The notes beneath the pieces are model-generated. The model did not search any database and had not been told where the DNA came from. It saw nothing but the letters and a program-made list of their open reading frames with translations. A stretch of 64,000 bases of DNA, from positions 1 to 64,000 of IMG/VR virus record IMGVR_UViG_3300010885_015247; one strand, 5' to 3'. The position numbers and the translations under genes are program-made. Positions 57,800 to 64,000 of the stretch are shown here, piece by piece. This DNA comes from a virus. Numbering within the stretch: position 1 is the first letter of the stretch; the number at the start of each line of letters is the position of its first letter.

Positions 57800-57921
57800 T
57801 ACTGTCCCTCCTCTGGGTCAGTTGCGACAGGTATGAATAACCTGTCTCGCTTATCAGTCAAAGGCCGAGGGACTCGCAGACGCATTAGATGCGTGGAGGC
57901 ACTCCACCTAGTTATATATTA
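57800..57921 (-). promoter_or_regulatory. Promoter -10 and structured 5' leader of the capsid gene with anti-SD pairing
   Basis: TAATAT at 57916-57921; three hairpins; GTCCCTC (57867-57873) complementary to GAGGGAC of the SD region (57804-57810). Confidence 0.6.
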
Positions 57922-57962
57922 CATTACTTCTTATTTAGTTATTTGTACGATTTTTGATCAAC

Positions 57963-60900
57963 TTAGGTAAGTAACCTAAGAAGCTTTGCCATCTGGGATG
58001 AGATCTCTGATTGGTTGTAGAGCTCGCTCCCTGAGATGAATGTCTTGAGTTCGGCAGTAGCAATATCAGCATCTTCCTTGCCAATCTTTGCTTCTACCTT
58101 TTCGATCATATCTGTCATAAGGTCACGAAGAGCAGGGGGAACATCAGAGAAGCGAATCTTCTGTGCTTCCTCGCCAAAAGCAAACGGTAGGTTAGCAATA
58201 ACCTTTCCAAGTTCTCCAGCACTATTACGGACGTTCTCTAAAGATTCAGCATTTAGTGCTCCAGAGTCCAATCGGTCAATAATTCCGATCAAATCTGTAG
58301 CTGCTTTGGCTGCTCCAGCGTAATCGCCAGTGCTATCAAAGTTCTCTGCTTCCTTAACTTTATCGAGTACATTCTGAAGACCAGAGGTTCCTAGGTCTTG
58401 CTTGATACGAGCTAGAACTGTTCTAAATTTTCCTGCTACGTCACGAGGTTGGGTATCGGCTGTGTACTTAACACGGCCGTCAGCATCTCTCTCTGGAGGA
58501 GCTTCGCCATCAGTTACTCTACCCTCTTCACGAGCCTTGGATTCTGCCTTCAAAGCTTCAACTTCTTCAGGGGTTAGATCAATAATTTCCTCTGTAATTT
58601 TCTCTGCAAAAACTGCTTCAGAATTGGTTGCAAAATCTGATCCAAGACGAGTTCCATACTCTTCAGTACGAGACTTCATTGAAGCAACGATCTCATCTAG
58701 GTTAGAAGCAGCACCCTTCCAGTTCTCTGGAATCATCTCTTCTTTGCCAAGGCCAATAGCACGTTTAATAATGTGACGCTTTACCTTGCCACGGCTTCCT
58801 GGCTTTGCACGGCCATAAGCCTGAATTGCATTCTTTAGGTCCCCAGCGTTTCTGATTGGGAATGAACCATCGTTTAGAGCCTTACCTTCTTGGGCTAGGC
58901 GTTCACGAACACGGCGAGAAATAACAGTAAGTTCTGTCTCTGGGTTCTCGTCAAAATTTTGAATCATGTAGTCAATATCTTGATCTACATCTTCTTTTAC
59001 TTTCTTAATTTTTGCGGCAAGCTCTACTCTTTTAGCAGCAAGAACTTCCATGCGATTTGTCTCAAAGCGAGCACGGACATCGTTAGCAGATGCAACTAAC
59101 GCCATCTTCTTATCTCCTTCGAGATCAGAAAGACGAGCATTAAGCTCTGCAAGTGGGTCATGCTTTAACATTGCAAGAGTGCTTGCACCTGCTGCAACCA
59201 AAGCCATTACCTGACCTGATGCAACACGAGCACGAGCAATAGGGAATCCTGGAACGTTTACTTGACATACAGCAACTAGTTCTAGGGAATTCTTAATTGG
59301 GCGCCAGTCACCTGATGGTGCTGATGCACGAAGTGCACGGATTTGTTCTGGGGTTGATCCTGGACGAACAGAACCAGCTACCCAAATACCATAAGCATCT
59401 TCTCCAGCATGGACATCTGCAATAGCAGATGCTGTATCGTCATAGTGACGAACTGCTTCGGAAGCTGATGCTTCTAGCCCAGCGTGTCCCCCCGCAAGAG
59501 TTAATTGACCGACAGGAACATCAGTTCCGTTATCAGTGCGAACTACTCCAGTATGGAAGTAGGCATATTTGCTACGGCTACGAGGAGGCTTAGTTCCCGC
59601 TGTCATACCAATATGGTCGACGTGCCATGCAGCAATGTGTCCGAATACTCGGCCATCATCATCTACAGTAAGAGGTGTAGGTCCCTTAAGCTGTGGGTCG
59701 TTAAACCACTCTGTTGGTGGATTTACTGGAATTGCTCCAGCAATCATTCCACAAGCAACTAGAGCCGAAGCTTCCAGAGCATTAACTCCCTCGACGTAAA
59801 CTCCGTCAGGAATATTCACTTCATCCTCCTCAACGCTTGCAGCATCTGCAAGCTGAATTGTGCACTCTTGGAAAGCAGGTTTAGGCACGATAGTCACAGC
59901 CATGACTCGTGCTTTCGTGATAGTAATTTTACCTGCATCTACCTTAGTGTCAGATCCGTTTTCATCATCTTTGCGCTCATCGTCGGCTTCAAACTGATCT
60001 AGGTCAGCTGACACTCCTCTGATGAAACCTCCACGCACTAGGCGCTCGGCTTCCTTACCATATTCTCCAGTATCGAAGTGACCCTTGGCATTTCCAATAC
60101 CACTATCAATTCTTTCCATACTAGTAATCTGACCAACTACGACAGAACCATCATGTCCTTCGCCTGTTTTAATCTGCCATAGAAGAGGTAGAGGAAGTTC
60201 TCTCATATCAAGAGCACCCTTTCTCATAATTCTTCCATCGCCAGACTCCATACCTTCTGGAATAACAAGAGGGATTAGGAACTCTGCTCCTTGAGATTTT
60301 GCTGTCTCGTTTGTCTCGTAGGCACCAGCAGTTAGAACTCTAGATCTAGCGTCTGCTGCCTTTGCTCTCAAAACAAAAGTGCTCAGAAGTTCATCATAAG
60401 AGTGCATAGTATTCACTGAAAAGTCAGACTTGTTGTTGTTCTTACGATCTCCTGGCCAGTAGCCATTCATCTCCTTGTGGCGAAGAGCGCAGTAGCCCTT
60501 TGCGCGAGGACCCATATATTTAGCAAGTTGCTTATAGCAGCGAGTCCAATCTCCGGGGGTCTTCCAACGAATCTTGGCTGCACCCTTGCCATAAGTCCAA
60601 TAACGACGAAGCTTCTCTGCTTGTCCACGGTTACGATCTGCACCACCTGCTGCCGTAACTGGTTCTTCTTTTTTATCTGGTTTCTTATTATCAACCTGCT
60701 CCAACACATCTACCAAGTTAGTGTCATCAAGGACTACTACTGGAGGCGGCGTTGCACTACGAAGATCTAAAAGAATCTGTGGTTCTGCAATCCATTTACC
60801 ATCTTTACGAGTAAAGGTTGTAGGAGTGGTACTTACATCTGTTGATGGAACCAAAGCAACTAAATCCATAACCGCCTGTGGGTCATCTGGAGAAACAATA

Positions 60901-62744
60901 GCCATATGAACGATTGGTACATCTGAAGTTTCTGGTGTCATCTCGACAGGAGCTTCAACAGATGCCTTCAGTGGGTTTCCATTTTTATCTAACCAACGAT
61001 TCTTAGCACCTTTAGGTTCTATATATCTTTTAGTGTCTGCTGGATCAAAAAATGGATTTGCTGTTCTAAGACCGTTTCTATCTCCTTCTAAATACTTCTT
61101 TAAAACAGGAATGTTGTATGCATTAATTGATTTTTCTGGAGCACCAGATACCTGAGGATAATATTTAGCAAGAGGGTTTGCACTTCTAGCAGGAGCTGTT
61201 TGTGTACCTGCTGGTGTAGTTGTAGTTCCTGCACCTGTACCTGTTGATTCTGCAGTATCTGCAGATAGTCTTTGATCAGCTACCCATTGAGGGTAGTTTG
61301 TAAGCATTGAGTTTAAGCTCGCTGCATTAAGAGGGGGTAGTGTTCCCGGCATACGAATCGGTGAATCCATAGGAGTACGAGGCTCCCCAAGAATTCCGTT
61401 TGTATCTAGCTCTCCTTCAGCAAAACCTTGAGGAATCGGTGTGTAAGTATCTAATGGCTCTGTAAGCTTTGCATTAACATCGATCATGTTGCCATTATCA
61501 AGTTCTACCTTGACATTGCCTGTTGCATTATCGATAGAGCGAATGTTTCCTTGATAGTTTGGACGACCACCGATTACTACTCGGCCACCCATCTTTGCAA
61601 ACTTACCTGTCTTATCACGAAGCTGTGCTCCAGCATTAGCTGAGCGCTCTTCGGGAGTGTAGTTTCCATCGTTACTAGTTGGAGTTTCCCCAGCTGCAGT
61701 TAATGAGTCATCCATATCCCACATAGATGATGCATCATCATACATAATAATGTCATCTAGAAGTTTCCAGTCAATTTCAGGCTGAGCATCAATCATCATC
61801 TTGTGCTCTTCTGGTTGAAGCTTGTCAATACGATGAGCAATAAGAGGTTCGTTGTCTAGAAGAGCAGCAACAAGTAATGCTGTTTCTGTATCAACAGGCA
61901 TGTGTGTCTTAACAACAACATCTTCAATATCATCAAGCATCTTGTCATAGCTAGTATGATCGTTATCTGGGTTTCCCATATCATCCCAGTTGCCGTCATC
62001 CCATACATACATCAAACCATTTGGCTCAATTCGGTATAGACGATCAATACCAGATCCATCCATACGGATGCGAACAAAAAATTCAATTACATTATCTTCA
62101 GGCATTGTCTTTGAAGTAATGAAAGAGTCGTAATCAACTGCCTTTGGCATCTCGTGCTCGTATGACTCGTAGCCGTATGCAAGCATTGCATTTGATTTTG
62201 CTGCTTTATTTTCACGCTCTACAATTGCTGATGCCCAACGCTCTGCGGCATCTCCACCCCATAAAGCCCAAGCAATACGGCCATTAGATGGGTAATTCTT
62301 TTGTCCCGGCTTATAGCCAGTTCCCTTTTTATCTACTTGATGACGCGGGAAGTATTTTGCAATATGACGAACCTTGCGAATACCGATTTGTCCACCACGA
62401 GCAAGTGTGCGAGCGGTATTCATACCTACTGAAGTGCCGCCACGGTCTTCCTCTTTGCGCCAAGCAATTCCACGCTTTGCCTCTGCAATAACAGAGTCTG
62501 GAATTGTGTACATGCGGTCGTTATTTGAAAATACTTTGATGTCAAGAGATGTTAAAGCAGCGGCTGCAAGCTCTACTGCTGTATCGGTAGGACGATCTCC
62601 CTTAGAGTCCCACTCAAAGGATGCTAGAAGAGGCTCTTTAATATCTACAGCAGAAACAATGTTCATAGAGTCGTCTACAACAACACCCTTATCTTCTGAG
62701 ACAAAGAGGGCTCTAGTTCCGTTACGACCAATGAACTCCATCAT
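57963..62744 (-). CDS. Multi-domain capsid maturation (prohead) protease protein, ~1593 aa
   Basis: Protease core ~59860-60290 (GHDG His, GVSAD Ser, PAF); directly upstream of the capsid; start corrected to the ATGA overlap at 62744. Confidence 0.82.
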   Translation of the reverse strand: MMEFIGRNGTRALFVSEDKGVVVDDSMNIVSAVDIKEPLLASFEWDSKGDRPTDTAVELAAAALTSLDIKVFSNNDRMYTIPDSVIAEAKRGIAWRKEEDRGGTSVGMNTARTLARGGQIGIRKVRHIAKYFPRHQVDKKGTGYKPGQKNYPSNGRIAWALWGGDAAERWASAIVERENKAAKSNAMLAYGYESYEHEMPKAVDYDSFITSKTMPEDNVIEFFVRIRMDGSGIDRLYRIEPNGLMYVWDDGNWDDMGNPDNDHTSYDKMLDDIEDVVVKTHMPVDTETALLVAALLDNEPLIAHRIDKLQPEEHKMMIDAQPEIDWKLLDDIIMYDDASSMWDMDDSLTAAGETPTSNDGNYTPEERSANAGAQLRDKTGKFAKMGGRVVIGGRPNYQGNIRSIDNATGNVKVELDNGNMIDVNAKLTEPLDTYTPIPQGFAEGELDTNGILGEPRTPMDSPIRMPGTLPPLNAASLNSMLTNYPQWVADQRLSADTAESTGTGAGTTTTPAGTQTAPARSANPLAKYYPQVSGAPEKSINAYNIPVLKKYLEGDRNGLRTANPFFDPADTKRYIEPKGAKNRWLDKNGNPLKASVEAPVEMTPETSDVPIVHMAIVSPDDPQAVMDLVALVPSTDVSTTPTTFTRKDGKWIAEPQILLDLRSATPPPVVVLDDTNLVDVLEQVDNKKPDKKEEPVTAAGGADRNRGQAEKLRRYWTYGKGAAKIRWKTPGDWTRCYKQLAKYMGPRAKGYCALRHKEMNGYWPGDRKNNNKSDFSVNTMHSYDELLSTFVLRAKAADARSRVLTAGAYETNETAKSQGAEFLIPLVIPEGMESGDGRIMRKGALDMRELPLPLLWQIKTGEGHDGSVVVGQITSMERIDSGIGNAKGHFDTGEYGKEAERLVRGGFIRGVSADLDQFEADDERKDDENGSDTKVDAGKITITKARVMAVTIVPKPAFQECTIQLADAASVEEDEVNIPDGVYVEGVNALEASALVACGMIAGAIPVNPPTEWFNDPQLKGPTPLTVDDDGRVFGHIAAWHVDHIGMTAGTKPPRSRSKYAYFHTGVVRTDNGTDVPVGQLTLAGGHAGLEASASEAVRHYDDTASAIADVHAGEDAYGIWVAGSVRPGSTPEQIRALRASAPSGDWRPIKNSLELVAVCQVNVPGFPIARARVASGQVMALVAAGASTLAMLKHDPLAELNARLSDLEGDKKMALVASANDVRARFETNRMEVLAAKRVELAAKIKKVKEDVDQDIDYMIQNFDENPETELTVISRRVRERLAQEGKALNDGSFPIRNAGDLKNAIQAYGRAKPGSRGKVKRHIIKRAIGLGKEEMIPENWKGAASNLDEIVASMKSRTEEYGTRLGSDFATNSEAVFAEKITEEIIDLTPEEVEALKAESKAREEGRVTDGEAPPERDADGRVKYTADTQPRDVAGKFRTVLARIKQDLGTSGLQNVLDKVKEAENFDSTGDYAGAAKAATDLIGIIDRLDSGALNAESLENVRNSAGELGKVIANLPFAFGEEAQKIRFSDVPPALRDLMTDMIEKVEAKIGKEDADIATAELKTFISGSELYNQSEISSQMAKLLRLLT

Positions 62745-63463
62745 GCTTTTCCTGACTCCTCGGTTACGGGTCCGCCAGCTACCCATGCATCGCATGTACG
62801 AGATGATGCACATTTAAAGTCGAATGCTTCACAATACCCTAGATCGCCAGCCTCGATTGAGCCCCAAGCGTCATTTCCAGCCTCGTTTCCAAGTCCAGAA
62901 GCAATACAGTCAAGCATTTTTGGTGTTTGAATGAATACAGCGCAGTTGCCACAGCGTGATTTCTTAGCATCTTCAACTGGAACAGTCCAGCGATCTGCTT
63001 TTGCTTGCCAAAAAGTGTTATTTGGAAGTGCTGGATTCATTGGTCCGTAACCAGCAGTTTTGATAGCACCTTCTCTATTTTTTAGATTTACAGCAATGTC
63101 TGAAGTAGCAGGAGGACATCCTTCAGATGTCTCGACTGCAGCCGTCATAGACTTGCCGCTCTCCTCAAATGCATAAAAAACTTCGTAATCTTTTACCTGA
63201 TCATATTTAACATAAGTTTTAGCCTTCTGAGCTGTATCAAACATATCCGTAACTACTTTGTAGTCGGAAGGAAGAATGTCCATAATTGAAAGGTTCTCAA
63301 GGCTTGTATCTTCTGGAGACAAGGCAAGCCATTGGCCATTTACTCTTGTAAAGGTGCCAAACTTTTCTGTAGAAAATATAGCCTGATAAACAACATTCTC
63401 ACCGTTTGCATAGATTAAAGACATGCCTTCAAGTGGATAGGACTTAGCGCTAGACAGTCTCAT
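62741..63463 (-). CDS. Head-module protein with Cys-rich C-terminal domain
   Basis: CPPAT...CGNC...GYC..FDFKC...RTCDAW. Confidence 0.7.
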   Translation of the reverse strand: MRLSSAKSYPLEGMSLIYANGENVVYQAIFSTEKFGTFTRVNGQWLALSPEDTSLENLSIMDILPSDYKVVTDMFDTAQKAKTYVKYDQVKDYEVFYAFEESGKSMTAAVETSEGCPPATSDIAVNLKNREGAIKTAGYGPMNPALPNNTFWQAKADRWTVPVEDAKKSRCGNCAVFIQTPKMLDCIASGLGNEAGNDAWGSIEAGDLGYCEAFDFKCASSRTCDAWVAGGPVTEESGKA

Positions 63464-63585
63464 AGCTTTTCCTCATCCTCAGGCTCGTATGAGTCAGCAT
63501 TAGGGTCAACCTCTGCTAGCTCAATAATCTTGCGGTAAGCAGCAACAACAGCCTCGTTGTATTGCTCTTTATCTGACTTAGCCAT
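63460..63585 (-). CDS. Small hypothetical protein (41 aa, MAKSDKEQYNE...), not in the ORF track
   Basis: ATG at 63585; ATGA overlap with the next gene. Confidence 0.55.
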   Translation of the reverse strand: MAKSDKEQYNEAVVAAYRKIIELAEVDPNADSYEPEDEEKL

Positions 63586-63587
63586 TA

Positions 63588-63707
63588 TTATACCGTCTTC
63601 TCTTCAATGGCTTCTGGATTGGCCACAAGACCTTTTTCGTTTAAAAGAGGCATTGCATCTTTTGTCTCGGTTACTTTACCTATTTCAAGTTCAGGGATTG
63701 ATAACAC
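63588..63707 (-). CDS. Small hypothetical protein (39 aa) or +1 extension of the upstream gene
   Basis: GTG at 63707 with SD AAGGAG; same frame as a +1 slip at CCC-TGA. Confidence 0.4.
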   Translation of the reverse strand: MLSIPELEIGKVTETKDAMPLLNEKGLVANPEAIEEKTV

Positions 63708-64000
63708 CTGTGTCTCCTTCGTCTAGTTTTCCAATAGCCATTTCAAGAATATTGGCTTGCTTTGTAAAACCCTCTGATCTTAGCAGTGCTACCCAAGTTG
63801 CGTACCACACTGAATTATGTCCACCGTCTCCGTTCGGGTTCTTCCAGTTAGCTTCCATCAGATGTGCAATCTCGTGAAGCAAAGCAACCTTGGTAGTTCC
63901 TCTACTTCTTACTAAAACAACAGGAAGATCTTTATCTTTAAATGGGTGAGAATCTGGCAAGCTTTCTGTAGTACCACGGGAAACTGCTGCCTCTACATCA
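63691..64000 (-). CDS. C-terminal part of an HEXXH zinc-metallopeptidase-like protein (runs off the window)
   Basis: ALLHEIAHL...GGHNSVW; frame open to the window edge. Confidence 0.65.
   Translation of the reverse strand, partial: DVEAAVSRGTTESLPDSHPFKDKDLPVVLVRSRGTTKVALLHEIAHLMEANWKNPNGDGGHNSVWYATWVALLRSEGFTKQANILEMAIGKLDEGDTGVINP

Overview
The window is part of a large tailed (siphovirus-like) phage genome, most plausibly infecting a low-GC actinobacterium. This is inferred from a whiB gene and a head/tail gene set of actinophage cluster-B type; all family calls come from motif recognition, not database searches. It has two convergent blocks. The + strand block (121-29848) is an unusually large accessory virion-fibre island. 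It holds six collagen-like (Gly-Pro/Ala-Thr) proteins built from shared small modules, a 7-blade beta-propeller, and two giant beta-rich proteins that look like one split gene, each with an ALK/LTK-like Gly-rich domain. It also holds a tandem array of four paralogous variable-loop proteins, then modifying enzymes: subtilisin S8 protease, SAM methyltransferase, GT2-TPR glycosyltransferase and flavin-dependent halogenase. The - strand block (64000-29826) runs: head-associated genes, a ~1590-aa prohead-protease polyprotein, capsid hexamer and pentamer, tail tube, connectors, tail chaperones, tape measure, Dit, hub and tail fibre. It continues with PolA, RuvC-like resolvase, SNF2 helicase, Cas4-like exonuclease, Sak4-like ATPase, SSB, a GT-B-like protein, DUF6378 and WhiB. 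I saw no tRNA, CRISPR, integrase, terminase, portal or lysis genes. The best candidates for new biology are a phage-encoded, glycosylated, modular collagen coat, and an assemblin-like [LVI]-x-A|[AS] cleavage grammar that would turn the protease gene into a polyprotein.
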